Source of the DNA: Desulfuromonadales bacterium
GTDB lineage: Bacteria > Desulfobacterota > Desulfuromonadia > Desulfuromonadales > SZUA-540
Assembly: GCA_033549025.1 (NCBI GenBank)
Contig: JAWSUS010000001.1
Coordinates: 171,685-235,684, forward strand
Direction of reading: 5' to 3'
DNA length: 64,000 nt
A model generated the notes under the pieces. It was not told the origin of the DNA. It made no database searches and worked only from the letters and a program-made list of their open reading frames with translations. Below, one piece after another: positions 37,222-47,528 of this stretch (the stretch's first letter is position 1; each line of letters opens with the position of its first letter). The translations under genes were made by a program, and so were the position numbers.

Positions 37222-38676
37222 TTAATCCTTTTCAATAGACTGTCGAAAGGGCGCCGCCAGCTGCTGGAGACAGCGAAGCAGGCTCTGACGCCGGTTGTCG
37301 GTCAGGGCGGTGGAATCGAAAGGGAGAACCTGAACCCCGAACCGCCCGGTGAAGAAGCGCTCCGCCTCAGTAAAATCTCCTTCGCCGTCAAGAACGATGA
37401 CGCCGAAAAGACGGCGAGCGAAAGAATGCCACAGGGGAGTTGCGTTGGCCAATGAGGGAAGCGCAACGAGCCTGAGATAAAAGGCCTCATTGAGGTTGAG
37501 GCGACCGGCGTCGCCCAGAGGCAGCCCTTCCCCCAGATCGAGAAATTCCCGGCGCGCCTCGAACTCCTCCAGCCCCTGCAACGCCTGCAGAAAGCTGACT
37601 ATCCTTTGTTGCGAACGGGCCAGCAGAATCAGCTTGCCACTGGCGCGTTCGGGAAGCGTATCGGCCGGCACCAGACGATTCCTGACCGCCAGAACATCCT
37701 CGCTGCTGAGCAGGGGTTGACCGGCCGTCTTGGCAGCAGCGGAAGACCGCACCTCGATCAGACCGCGATCCAGGAGGCCCTGGAGAATCTGCAACACCTC
37801 AAAGTCGGGCCGCGAGCAATGGTCGACGAGATCACCGCAGCGCGGGTAGTAAGCGAGCAGATCGAGGATTTCCCAGGTGACGGGCCGCAGATCTTCGGAT
37901 ATCCGCTGCCGAGGCACTTTCAAACCCAGCAGAAGATCGGGCGCCGGCAGGGATTGCCTTTGCTGCACCAGTTCATCGTTCTGCCGAAGACCCTCCATAA
38001 GGAGATGATCCATGGGCAAATGGATACTGGCTTCCACATCGACCCGGGTGGGTGAAAAAGCAAAGCGGCCATCACCCCAAGTGAGCAGACGATAAAAAGC
38101 TTTTTCACCGCTGACCTGCCCGGTTTGCGCATGAATGACGCAGCCGTCCAGCAGATAGATCGTCCCTTGGCCCTGCGGGCGAGTAAGGGTCAGAACGCCC
38201 TCTTTCTGATTGAGACTCAGAACCTGAAGGAGATCAATCAGCGACAGCCGGCTGAGGCTCCCTTCAAAGTCGGTCTTCTTGCGGCTGACTTGGCGGGCCT
38301 GACCGGCCCGGCGAAAGAACGCGTGAATATCGGCCAGCAGCTGCTCGGCGTTGAAAGGACACGGGACAAAACGATCTTTGTGCCGCCGGAAGCCATCGAC
38401 ATTTTCTCCCTCTTTACCGACATAGAAGATCGGAATTCCCTCGGTGCGACCGTTTCCCCGCAACAGCTGGCCGAAACGGCTGGCTGAAAGCCCCGGCAGC
38501 CGGGTATCGACCAGGATAAGCTCCGGCGGCGTCTTCAGGGCCTGTTCCAGGATTCTGGCACTGTCCCCGTCACATGTCACCTGGTAGCCCTGCTGTGACA
38601 GCAGAGGGACCAGGGGAGAAAGGTCGTCCGCGGACGAGGCAATCAGGATTTGGGCGGTCGGAGAGGCCATGGTCAT
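37222..38676 (-). CDS. Pseudo-receiver + DUF4388 (PatA-N-like) domain protein
   Basis: Degenerate REC (conserved Lys absent), FEGSLSRLSLIDLLQVLS...GEKAFYRLLTWGDGRFAF...LLMEGLRQNDE. Confidence 0.82.
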   Translation of the reverse strand: MTMASPTAQILIASSADDLSPLVPLLSQQGYQVTCDGDSARILEQALKTPPELILVDTRLPGLSASRFGQLLRGNGRTEGIPIFYVGKEGENVDGFRRHKDRFVPCPFNAEQLLADIHAFFRRAGQARQVSRKKTDFEGSLSRLSLIDLLQVLSLNQKEGVLTLTRPQGQGTIYLLDGCVIHAQTGQVSGEKAFYRLLTWGDGRFAFSPTRVDVEASIHLPMDHLLMEGLRQNDELVQQRQSLPAPDLLLGLKVPRQRISEDLRPVTWEILDLLAYYPRCGDLVDHCSRPDFEVLQILQGLLDRGLIEVRSSAAAKTAGQPLLSSEDVLAVRNRLVPADTLPERASGKLILLARSQQRIVSFLQALQGLEEFEARREFLDLGEGLPLGDAGRLNLNEAFYLRLVALPSLANATPLWHSFARRLFGVIVLDGEGDFTEAERFFTGRFGVQVLPFDSTALTDNRRQSLLRCLQQLAAPFRQSIEKD

Positions 38677-38677
38677 C

Positions 38678-40525
38678 CTAGATCAGAGCTTGCAGACGGT
38701 ACTGCTCCTGGAGTTTGGCAATCAGGTTTTCGACAAAAAAGAAGTCGCAGCTGTGAAAACCGGCCACTTTGCCCTCAGCCTGCCGGGTAAAGAGGGCATA
38801 GGCATGGTCTTCGTTGAGGTAAAGCAGAAAATCGACCTGCGAAAAGCGCGGGTCGTCGATGTAAATGGGATGGATGCGCTGGTAGTCCCAGGTGACCCGC
38901 CCCGCGCCCCCTAAGAGGAAAAGGGAGGTCGCCGACTGCTCAAGGCCATCGATTTGACCAAGGGCTTGGCGGGCGGCCTCAAAATCAGCACATCCCCGGT
39001 AAACGATGCCTCGCACCCGGTTCGATTCGACCACCTCGCGGCAAAAGGCCTCCATCAGCGCATTCACCCGGTCGCGATCCAAACAAAAAGGGCTGCTCTC
39101 CGTATTGGATGTAACGGTGACAGAGGACTTTTGATCGAGCAAGCCGTCGACGATATCCCAGAAGGAGAGCGATTCCATGTCGGCGCGCCGGAAAAGGCTG
39201 TCGGGCAGCTGGGCGATGTTTTTTTCCACCGTGGCACGAAGAGCGGCAAAAGAGGTGCCATCGACAGGAAAGGAAGCGGAACGCATGTACACGTCCAGAT
39301 CGACCTGTTTTTTCGGTCCGACCACGCAGAGCTGCCCGGCCAGCGCCTTGCGGATGCGTTTCTGGGCCACCAGCGCCCCCCAGTAGTCCGTTTCGGGCAG
39401 CAGAATAAAATACTGATCGGGCGATTCCATGGCCAGAATGTCGGCATCCCGCAGGACGGACTGCACGGTGTCAGCCAGACGCTCCACCACGTCACCGAGC
39501 TCCCGATCGAGAAACCGGCAGGCGACCTCCCGGTAATTGGCGACAACCAGCTTGATCAGCGACAGGTTTCGGCCATAGCGGTCGCAGCGCCGCAATTCAC
39601 GCTCGAGGGTGTCGGTAAAAAAGGCCATGGTGTAGCCGCCCCCCGGCCGCACCCGAAAACATTGTCGGTCAAAACGACGACGCTGCAGGCTGCCGGCAAG
39701 GGCGCTGGCAGCGAACTCGCCGACGGCATCGGCAACAGCCTGATCCTCACGGCTGAAGTCGGGCCTCTGCACAGGGCGCTCTACCCGAACAAAGGCCAGA
39801 GGCTCCACGCCGGCTAGCAGGGGGAGCCAGAGAGCGGCGCCATGATCCATAGTGACCGCCTTGCCCCCGTGAATAAGCCGGCGTTCTACTTCGTTGGGGC
39901 GAAAGACCTCATCCCCTGCCGGGGGAACGGAGCGCCCACGACCGCTCTGTAAGCGATATTGCCGACCACCGTCCTCGGCCAGCCAGAGGACGGCTCCTTG
40001 CGCTTTAAGCAACTCCATGAGGGTGTCGAGAATCAGATCGCCCAGACGATCCGGATCATTCACCTTCAAAAAAACGAGACATTTGCGATACGCCAGGAGA
40101 ATGGAGAGAAATTCGAGATTTTCGCTGAACAGCTTGGTCCGCTCGACGTGGAGCGCTTGCCGGAAGAGGACGCGGTTGATGAGCAGAAGGAATTCCTCGG
40201 CATTGACCGGCTTGAGAATATAATCGGCGACGCCACGCTTCATGGCTTCTACGGCCAGGGTCACGTCATGCTGGGCCGTTACCACGATCACTTCCTGTTC
40301 CGGATACAGCCGCTTGATAGCCTCCGTGGTCTCGACACCGTTCATACCCGGCATTTCCATATCGGTGATGACCAGATCGAAGCCCTTCTCCTCACGGAGG
40401 ATATCCAAGGCCTCCTCGCCGCTAGCGGCCACACGAACCTCGTAACCCTCGTTGCTCAGAAGGTCCCGGTAAAATTCGCGGAAGAATTTTTCGTCGTCTA
40501 TAGCGAGAAGTCTGCCTTTGGCCAT
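38678..40525 (-). CDS. Response regulator with GAF-like and degenerate GGDEF domains
   Basis: Intact REC (IDDE, ITDMEMP, VTA, LKP) and GAF-like middle. The GGDEF-fold region (LERELRR...LRDADIL) has ESPDQ where the signature would fall. Confidence 0.8.
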   Translation of the reverse strand: MAKGRLLAIDDEKFFREFYRDLLSNEGYEVRVAASGEEALDILREEKGFDLVITDMEMPGMNGVETTEAIKRLYPEQEVIVVTAQHDVTLAVEAMKRGVADYILKPVNAEEFLLLINRVLFRQALHVERTKLFSENLEFLSILLAYRKCLVFLKVNDPDRLGDLILDTLMELLKAQGAVLWLAEDGGRQYRLQSGRGRSVPPAGDEVFRPNEVERRLIHGGKAVTMDHGAALWLPLLAGVEPLAFVRVERPVQRPDFSREDQAVADAVGEFAASALAGSLQRRRFDRQCFRVRPGGGYTMAFFTDTLERELRRCDRYGRNLSLIKLVVANYREVACRFLDRELGDVVERLADTVQSVLRDADILAMESPDQYFILLPETDYWGALVAQKRIRKALAGQLCVVGPKKQVDLDVYMRSASFPVDGTSFAALRATVEKNIAQLPDSLFRRADMESLSFWDIVDGLLDQKSSVTVTSNTESSPFCLDRDRVNALMEAFCREVVESNRVRGIVYRGCADFEAARQALGQIDGLEQSATSLFLLGGAGRVTWDYQRIHPIYIDDPRFSQVDFLLYLNEDHAYALFTRQAEGKVAGFHSCDFFFVENLIAKLQEQYRLQALI

Positions 40526-40618
40526 ATGCTCACAGAGGACTGCTGGCTTTTCAGACGTGGTCTTTCAGGGTTGCAAAAAGATCGGACGGCTGGTCAAAGG
40601 CCGAGCCGTCCGGATTCT

Positions 40619-41950
40619 TCAGGAAACCTGCAGGTCGCCTAGATGGGAATTTTTATACACGCGCTTGATGCGGACCGGCACGATCTGGCCGATCAGGTCG
40701 CGGCTGCCATGAAAGTTGACAATGCGGTTCCAGGTCGTGCGGCCGAAAAGCTGCCCGCCGCCCTGGCGGCTTTCCCCTTCGACCAGCACATCGAGCACGT
40801 TGCCCTGATCGGCCGCCCAGATCGAGGCGGAGGCCGACTCCTGCAGCGTGATGAGGCGCCCGAAGCGCTGCTGCTTGATCTCCGGGGTCAGATCGTCTTT
40901 GAGCTTGGCGGCGGCGGTTTCGGGGCGGCTGGAATAGAGGAAGGAGAAGACGTCGGCGTAGCGCACCTCCTCCATGAGCGACAGGGTATCGGCGAAATCG
41001 GCTTCGCTCTCTCCGGGAAAACCGACAATGATATCGGAGGTGATGCGAATCTCGGGACAAACTTCCCTGAGGCGGCGGACGATGCGCAGGTACTGTTCCC
41101 GGGTGTAGCCCCGGTTCATGCTGTGGAGGATGCGATCGGAACCGCTCTGTACCGGCAGATGCAGGTGCCAGCAGAGCTTGTCGAGAGCGCCGAAACAGTC
41201 GATCAGCTCGTCGGACAGATCTTTGGGATGCGAGGTGGTAAAGCGGATGCGCTCGATCCCCTCGATCTCCTGAACGCGGTGCAGCAGCTGGGCGAAGGAA
41301 ATTTCGCCCTCTTCCTTGCGCCCATAGGAATTGACATTCTGGCCGATCAGGGTCACCTCGCGCACACCCTGCCCAGCCAGATGCCGGACCTCGTCGAGAA
41401 CCTCGGCACTGGGGCGGCTGACCTCGCGTCCCCGCACATAAGGAACGATACAGTAGGAGCAGAAGTTGTCGCAGCCCTGCATGACGGTAACGAAACGGCT
41501 GACCGACTCGCCCGGAGCACGGTCGGGAAAGAGACGCAACCGGGTGTCGCGGTCGAGAAATTCCGTTTCGAGACAGCGGGCGCGATTCTCTTCCACATCC
41601 CGCACCATGTCCGGCAGCTTGTGCACATTATGGGTGCCGAAGACCAGATCGAGATAGGGCAGCTTGTCGAGCAGGCGCTGCCCTTCCTGCTGGGCGACGC
41701 AGCCGCCGACACCGATGATGAGGGCAGGGTTTTCTTCCTTGATGGGCTTGAAGCGCCCCAGATGTCCATAGACCTTGCGTTCGGCCTTGTCACGGATGGA
41801 ACAGGTGTTGAGCAGCACCAGATCGGCGCTTTCGGGCGCTTCGACCTGCCGGTAGCCGATCCCTTCCAGCAGAGCGACGATCCGCTCCGAGTCCACCACG
41901 TTCATCTGGCAGCCGAACGTTTCGAGATAAAAGCGTTTTTCCAAAGTCAC
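40619..41950 (-). CDS. miaB: tRNA-2-methylthio-N6-dimethylallyladenosine synthase
   Basis: TFGCQMN, NTCSIR, GCDNFCSYCIVPYVRG radical SAM motif, DIIVGFPGE, TRAM domain. Confidence 0.97.
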   Translation of the reverse strand: MTLEKRFYLETFGCQMNVVDSERIVALLEGIGYRQVEAPESADLVLLNTCSIRDKAERKVYGHLGRFKPIKEENPALIIGVGGCVAQQEGQRLLDKLPYLDLVFGTHNVHKLPDMVRDVEENRARCLETEFLDRDTRLRLFPDRAPGESVSRFVTVMQGCDNFCSYCIVPYVRGREVSRPSAEVLDEVRHLAGQGVREVTLIGQNVNSYGRKEEGEISFAQLLHRVQEIEGIERIRFTTSHPKDLSDELIDCFGALDKLCWHLHLPVQSGSDRILHSMNRGYTREQYLRIVRRLREVCPEIRITSDIIVGFPGESEADFADTLSLMEEVRYADVFSFLYSSRPETAAAKLKDDLTPEIKQQRFGRLITLQESASASIWAADQGNVLDVLVEGESRQGGGQLFGRTTWNRIVNFHGSRDLIGQIVPVRIKRVYKNSHLGDLQVS

Positions 41951-41985
41951 GCGATCAACAATCCTTCGGGAAATAGGTGTCCGGG

Positions 41986-42015
41986 ATGGTAATCAATCGA
42001 ACCGTCAAATGTCAA
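41986..42015 (-). promoter_or_regulatory. Candidate sigma70 promoter for miaB
   Basis: TTGACA-18 nt-TACCAT on the minus strand. Confidence 0.5.
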
Positions 42016-42036
42016 ACGCTAAAACGCAAAAGGGAC

Positions 42037-42513
42037 TCAGCCCCTATCTGCGCCACGTTCACACAGGGGCTCGAGCAAGGTTGTAAGCGTTTCGGGATGT
42101 TCGAGGCAGAAAAGCCGTCGAGGACGCGCGTCAGGGTGAAAGTACAATCTCACGCTAGCGAGCTGGGAGCCATGCCGATCCATCCTGAAGTCGGCGAGGT
42201 CGGCAAGCTCCCGCGCACTGTGGTCACACAGCAGGCCGCCGCGCCAGTGCAGACGGCGATCCGTCAGGATGTAGTCGACGCGCCCCCAGAGGCACCGGTT
42301 AAATACCGGCAGCCCGACGGTCAGCAGCAGCCCTGCGAGCAGCGGAAAAAGGCTCAACCAAATGGGCCAAAAAGGCCATCCGGCCAGGCCGAGACAGATA
42401 AGTAGCACGCCCAACCAGTTCAGGCGCCAGTGCCGAAAGGTATAGCAGCGGGGAGCCGGACGGCCTCGCCAGAGAATCTGCTCGCCCTCGTACAACGGGG
42501 GTTGCCAGCTCAC
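42037..42513 (-). CDS. Membrane protein with bacterial PH-like domain
   Basis: LYEGEQILWRGRP, two TMs, YILTDRRL; GTG start overlaps the upstream stop. Confidence 0.7.
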   Translation of the reverse strand: MSWQPPLYEGEQILWRGRPAPRCYTFRHWRLNWLGVLLICLGLAGWPFWPIWLSLFPLLAGLLLTVGLPVFNRCLWGRVDYILTDRRLHWRGGLLCDHSARELADLADFRMDRHGSQLASVRLYFHPDARPRRLFCLEHPETLTTLLEPLCERGADRG

Positions 42514-43823
42514 TGCCTCCCACCCAGAGCCTGTATCCGTCCGGCAGCCGCCTGGCCGAGCTTGCCCTGAGGATCGGCCTTGGCGACCGCCTGGTAAAGT
42601 TCCAGAGCCTTGGCGGTCTGCCCCGTCTTCTCGTAAGCCTCCGCCAGCAGATAGGCCCCCTGCAGACCGGGCATCAGTTCCATGGTCTTTTCCAGCTCCG
42701 CAACGGCAGCCTGGTTTTCGTTACGCTGGAGATAGACGTAACCCAGCCCCATACGCGATTCATAGTAGTTGCCATCGAGGCGGATGGCTTCCTGCAGGTA
42801 GCGCCGGGCCGGCGCCAGATCGCCCATGCGCAGCGAGGCCAGTCCCAGACCGGTGTAGATGAGGGCTTCCCCCGGCGCCGCGTCCAGAGCCTGCAGATAG
42901 GTCTCGATGGCGGCGGGCATATTGTTCTGGGCTTCAAGCTGCTGGGCGGCGTCATAGAGTTCATAGGCTTTTTTCTTGGCGCGGATGCCGACCGTGGCCT
43001 TCAGGAAGGGGTCTTCCCGGAAGGAAAAATCACCGGCCGTCAAGGTAGCGGCGTAGTGCGAGCGCACATAATCCTGGTTGGCGAGCATACGCTCCTTGGA
43101 AAAAGGGTGGGTGCGAAAGAGGCCGCTAAGCCACATGGGCTCGGAACTCCCCTCGATTTGGCGGTAGAAGAATTCCTGCAGCTGCACGCTGCCCAGCGGG
43201 TTATAGCCAGCCCTGACCATGTAATCGATCCCCAGGCGGTCGGACTCGCGCTCCTGTTCACGGCTGTAGGAGCTGTCCAGCAGTTGGGCGGCGATCTGCC
43301 CCGCCTGCTGGGCCGCAGGTCCGTACGCGGACTGTCCTGTCACGCCGGAGAGCACGGCCATGCCCACGCCCAGCAAGGTGCCGCGCTGCATCCCCGACAC
43401 GGAATGACGAGCCGTCACATGCCCGATCTCATGCCCCAGCACGGCGGCCAGCTGGGCCTCGTTTTCCAGCTCTACCAGCAGGCCGCGGGAGATGGCGATA
43501 TACCCCCCGGGCAAAGCGAAGGCGTTGGGAGAGGAATCGTTCACCACCTTGAACTGATAGGGCAGCTCGGGGCGCTCGCTGTAGCGACCCAGCTTGGCGC
43601 CAACCTCCTGAACATAACGGCCCAGAGCCGGATCGGGATACTCCCCTTTCATCTGCTGAACAACCTGGGGATAGCTTTTTTGGCCCATGGCGATTTCCTC
43701 TTCGGTCGAAACCTGAAAAAGGGCCAGCTCTTTTTTGCCGGTGACGGGATTGACGGCACAGCCGCCCAGCACCAGGGAAAACAGCAGCGAGAGAAGAATA
43801 ACCGTGTGGATGAGCGGTTTCAT
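42510..43823 (-). CDS. M48-family metalloprotease lipoprotein with TPR repeats (BepA-like)
   Basis: Lipobox LGGC, PNAFALPGG, HEIGH, YSREQERESD, RTHP, C-terminal TPRs. Confidence 0.92.
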   Translation of the reverse strand: MKPLIHTVILLSLLFSLVLGGCAVNPVTGKKELALFQVSTEEEIAMGQKSYPQVVQQMKGEYPDPALGRYVQEVGAKLGRYSERPELPYQFKVVNDSSPNAFALPGGYIAISRGLLVELENEAQLAAVLGHEIGHVTARHSVSGMQRGTLLGVGMAVLSGVTGQSAYGPAAQQAGQIAAQLLDSSYSREQERESDRLGIDYMVRAGYNPLGSVQLQEFFYRQIEGSSEPMWLSGLFRTHPFSKERMLANQDYVRSHYAATLTAGDFSFREDPFLKATVGIRAKKKAYELYDAAQQLEAQNNMPAAIETYLQALDAAPGEALIYTGLGLASLRMGDLAPARRYLQEAIRLDGNYYESRMGLGYVYLQRNENQAAVAELEKTMELMPGLQGAYLLAEAYEKTGQTAKALELYQAVAKADPQGKLGQAAAGRIQALGGRQ

Positions 43824-44051
43824 GGCAGAGGACCTCCTTGTCGCAAGATATCCATGGAAATTTAAATATTAATGCGGATATTCCAGTCATGCAACCCTTC
43901 AATCGCAAGGAGGTCTGCTCCGAAGCACCCGCGGCAACCCAATATTTTTTTCTGGCTTTTACTGAAAACATCCCCTACAATTGGAGGGTTTTCCCGTCAG
44001 CCGCAATCAAAGAGAGTCGCAGAACTCAAAAGAGGAGTCACAGAGAATCGT

Positions 44052-45863
44052 ATGCCTGAAAAAATTCGCAATATCGCTATTATCGCCCACGTTGACCATG
44101 GCAAGACAACCCTGGTGGATGCCATGCTCAAGCAATCCGGGGTGTTTCGTGAGAACCAGGTCATTACCGAAAGGGTCATGGACAGCAATGATCTGGAAAA
44201 GGAACGGGGCATTACCATTCTCTCCAAAAACCTGTCCATCCACCACGGCGGCCTGAAAATCAACATCGTCGACACCCCCGGCCACGCCGATTTCGGCGGT
44301 GAAGTGGAGCGCGTCCTCAAAATGGTCGACTCGGTTCTGCTGCTCGTGGACGCCTTCGACGGCCCCATGCCCCAGACCCGCTTTGTCTTGAAAAAATCCC
44401 TCGACCTCGGGCTCAAGCCCATCGTGGTCATCAATAAGATCGACCGCCCCGGCGCCCGCCCGGTCGAGGTGGTCAATATGGTCTTCGATCTCTTCTGCGA
44501 ACTGAACGCCGACGACAAACAGCTCGACTTCCCCATTGTGTACGCCAGCGCTAAAAACGGCTATGCCATGCGCGAACTCGAAGACGAGTCCAAGGACCTG
44601 GAACCCTTGTTCCAGATGATCGCCGAGCGCGTGTCGGCGCCGGAGGTCAACCCCGACGCGCCCTTCCAGATGCTGGTGACCAACATCGACTACAACGACT
44701 ATATCGGGCGCATCGCCACCGGCAAAATCTTCAACGGCCGCATCAAGGCCGGCAGCACCATCGCCGCCATCGACCGCGAAGGCAAGATCACCCGTGGGCG
44801 CGTCAGCAAACTGCTGGGCTACGAAGGCCTCAAGCAGGTCGAGCTGGAAGAGGCTTCGGCTGGCGACATCGTCACCATCGCCGGTTTCGACGACGTTGGT
44901 ATCGGCGAAACGTTCGCCGACGCCGCCAACCCCATCGCCCTGCCCTACGTGGCCATCGACGAGCCGACCCTGTCGATGAATTTCATCGTCAACGATTCCC
45001 CCTTTGCGGGTCTGGAAGGCAAATTCGTCACCTCCCGCAACATTCGCGAGCGCCTTATGCGCGAACTGCGCACCAACGTCTCTTTGCGAGTGGAAGACAC
45101 GGACAACACCGACACCTTCAAGGTGTCCGGGCGCGGTGAACTGCACCTCTCCATCCTCATCGAGAACATGCGCCGCGAAGGCTACGAACTCTCTGTCTCC
45201 AAGCCCGAGGTCATCTTCCGCGACATCGACGGTGTGCGCTGCGAGCCGATGGAATACCTGGTTATCGACGTCCCCGAGGAGTTTCAGGGCACCGTCATCG
45301 AAAAGCTCGGCACCCGCAAGGCCGAAATGGTTTCCATGCAACCCATGGAAGGCGTCAACCGCCTCGAATTCGTCATCCCCGCCCGGGGGCTTATCGGTTT
45401 CCGCAGCGAGTTCCTCACCGACACGCGCGGCACCGGCGTCATGAATCACACCTTCCACGAATACGCCCCCTACAAGGGCCCCATCAGCAGCCGGAAGAAC
45501 GGCGTCCTTATCGCCCTGGAATCCGGCGAAACCGTGGCATACTCGCTCTTCAACCTGCAGGATCGCGGCATTCTTTTTGTTGCACCGGGGGTCAACGTCT
45601 ACGAAGGCATGATCATCGGCCAGCACGCCAAGGAAAACGATCTTATCGTCAACGCCTGCAGAGGCAAGAAGCTGACCAACGTACGCGCTTCCGGCTCCGA
45701 CGACACCGTCCGCCTGACGCCGCCGCGCATCCTAACCCTTGAGCAGGCGCTCGAATATATCGATGACGATGAACTGGTGGAAGTAACGCCGAAATCAATC
45801 CGGCTGCGCAAAAAATATCTCGACGCCAACGATCGCAAAAAACACGAGAAGAAAAACAAATAA
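44052..45863 (+). CDS. typA: Translational GTPase TypA/BipA
   Basis: [55 protein letters not shown]. Confidence 0.98.
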   Translation: MPEKIRNIAIIAHVDHGKTTLVDAMLKQSGVFRENQVITERVMDSNDLEKERGITILSKNLSIHHGGLKINIVDTPGHADFGGEVERVLKMVDSVLLLVDAFDGPMPQTRFVLKKSLDLGLKPIVVINKIDRPGARPVEVVNMVFDLFCELNADDKQLDFPIVYASAKNGYAMRELEDESKDLEPLFQMIAERVSAPEVNPDAPFQMLVTNIDYNDYIGRIATGKIFNGRIKAGSTIAAIDREGKITRGRVSKLLGYEGLKQVELEEASAGDIVTIAGFDDVGIGETFADAANPIALPYVAIDEPTLSMNFIVNDSPFAGLEGKFVTSRNIRERLMRELRTNVSLRVEDTDNTDTFKVSGRGELHLSILIENMRREGYELSVSKPEVIFRDIDGVRCEPMEYLVIDVPEEFQGTVIEKLGTRKAEMVSMQPMEGVNRLEFVIPARGLIGFRSEFLTDTRGTGVMNHTFHEYAPYKGPISSRKNGVLIALESGETVAYSLFNLQDRGILFVAPGVNVYEGMIIGQHAKENDLIVNACRGKKLTNVRASGSDDTVRLTPPRILTLEQALEYIDDDELVEVTPKSIRLRKKYLDANDRKKHEKKNK

Positions 45864-45893
45864 AAAATCTTTGCTTCGCGTTAGCCAGCGACA

Positions 45894-45920
45894 AAAAGGC
45901 CCCGAATTTCGGGGCCTTTT
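45894..45920 (+). terminator. Intrinsic terminator of typA
   Basis: AAAAGGCCCCGA-ATT-TCGGGGCCTTTT followed by T-rich sequence. Confidence 0.88.
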
Positions 45921-46122
45921 CTGTTTCTTTTTCGGAAGAAGCTATCCGTTCCCCTGCCAGGCATAATAGTGGTTTATTCTGAAAATATCCCTTTTATTTC
46001 AACCGGTTAATGGCGCACCCCTCCTCTTTTGCCCAACCTTCCCCGGTAAATATAAACAAACGGTATGGCCAATAAAACAAACAGAACGCTAACATATTGT
46101 TTTAAAAAAGTTTTTTTGCATT

Positions 46123-46156
46123 TTTGCCTTGCATTAAGGCAAAGAGTTCTTATAAT
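46123..46156 (+). promoter_or_regulatory. Sigma70 promoter overlapped by a palindromic operator
   Basis: TTGCAT (46129-46134)-16 nt-TATAAT (46151-46156). TTTGCCTT-N5-AAGGCAAA (46123-46143) straddles the -35. Confidence 0.65.
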
Positions 46157-46210
46157 GGACAGAACTTTTGGTAAAAAAAACCAAATAACACCAGACGAAG
46201 GAGAAAAGAG

Positions 46211-46381
46211 ATGGAATGCCCCATCTGCAAGAACACCAAGCACATTGAACTGAACTCTCACCCCGATGGTTTCGCCAAAAATCTGCAGGAATGCGGCGAC
46301 TGCGGCCTGCTGTGGATTCGAAACGGCAAAGACGCCATCATCGTTCGGGACCCCTCCCAGAAACTGGCAGCCAACCAGTAA
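46211..46381 (+). CDS. Small zinc-ribbon protein (56 aa), missing from the ORF track
   Basis: MECPICKNTKHIELNSHPDGFAKNLQECGDCGLLWIRNGKDAIIVRDPSQKLAANQ; two CxxC motifs, AAGGAG RBS, own promoter and terminator. Confidence 0.82.
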   Translation: MECPICKNTKHIELNSHPDGFAKNLQECGDCGLLWIRNGKDAIIVRDPSQKLAANQ

Positions 46382-46410
46382 GAGGCCCCAGATACAGCTC
46401 TCCCCCACAG

Positions 46411-46463
46411 AAAACGCCACCAGGCTCCCGCTGTAACGGGAAAATGGTGGCGTTTTTTATTTT
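46411..46463. terminator. Intrinsic terminator (probably bidirectional)
   Basis: AAAACGCCACCA / TGGTGGCGTTTT stem with inner TCCCG/CGGGA pairing and a T tract. Confidence 0.8.
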
Positions 46464-46487
46464 CTGTTCCATCCTGCCGATCGGCCG

Positions 46488-47498
46488 CTACCGGGACGGT
46501 GACGTACCGATAAACCCCAGCCGCTCAATCAGAATCTGGGCAAGCTTCTCACCCAGCTTTTCCCGCGCCAGAGTATCGGCCCGGGAGGCAATCTGCGAGC
46601 CTTCGCGCACGTTCACCCGCACGGCGTCGAGAATCCTGCCATCCGGCTCGACAAACTCCACCTGGGCCGCGGCGGCAACCCAGTTCCAGGGATCCGAGGC
46701 CTTGTAGGCATCGACGCTGATATGCCCCAACAGCCGCACGTCGCCGGCAATCGAAGGGGCCAGCTGAATGCCCAGCCCGGTCAACGACTGGATGACCGCC
46801 CCCCGCACAATGCCGTCGCGGTCATCCTGAAGATCGATGCCGACCTGAATCGTGCCGGCCACTTCATCGGCTTTGGCCGCAATGGCGGCAGGGGAGTAAG
46901 GGGGTTCCGCCACCCAGCCGGAGGGATCGGTGATGCGCAGGTCGGCGGCCAGAGCGCTCCGTAGCTCCAGGGCTTTCAGAGCCTGCAGATAGTGGCCCAG
47001 CGCCCTGAAACGCGTGCTGGCCTGTTCCGCCTGACGGACCTGGGTCATGGCGCTCTGGTCGGCTTCGTTCATCTCGGCGCGCAACGCCTGGCTGGCCTTC
47101 AGACTATCCAGCACAGCGAGGGCATGCCAGGTGCCGGCCTTCTCATTCTGCCAGACCTCGGCGATGTGAACTCCAGAGAGGACTTTGTCGCTGGTGGCGA
47201 CCAGGTCGGCCTGCATCGCCTGCCGGTAGCCGGTACCGGCGACGTTGCCGGCACGGTTGAGCCACTCGGACTCAGTGCTGACTTCCCGTGAGGCAATATG
47301 CACCGTAAATATCTTGGCCAGCTCCGAGCGGGCACGGTTTTCAGCTTCCGCCCGGGTGGAGGCCATCCCCACCCCCACCAGATAGGCCTGCTCAGGATAG
47401 AGCGCGCTTTTTCCCAGGGTCCACTCGGGGGGTTTGGGCGCACAGGACGCCAGCAGCACCAGGGTCAGCAGACCCGCCAGCACACCAGTCCATCTCAT
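46488..47498 (-). CDS. LPP20-family lipoprotein
   Basis: Lipobox LASC, PPEW, YLVGVG, AENRARSELAK. Confidence 0.78.
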   Translation of the reverse strand: MRWTGVLAGLLTLVLLASCAPKPPEWTLGKSALYPEQAYLVGVGMASTRAEAENRARSELAKIFTVHIASREVSTESEWLNRAGNVAGTGYRQAMQADLVATSDKVLSGVHIAEVWQNEKAGTWHALAVLDSLKASQALRAEMNEADQSAMTQVRQAEQASTRFRALGHYLQALKALELRSALAADLRITDPSGWVAEPPYSPAAIAAKADEVAGTIQVGIDLQDDRDGIVRGAVIQSLTGLGIQLAPSIAGDVRLLGHISVDAYKASDPWNWVAAAAQVEFVEPDGRILDAVRVNVREGSQIASRADTLAREKLGEKLAQILIERLGFIGTSPSR

Positions 47499-47528
47499 GA
47501 TGAAACCTCCTTGAAATACTTGATTGCC

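Noticed and set aside
46007..46420. ORF-track ORFs 46007-46420 (-), 46065-46253 (+) and 46291-46707 (+)
   Set aside because: They overlap the promoter, the better-supported 56-aa CxxC gene and its terminator, and carry no motifs.
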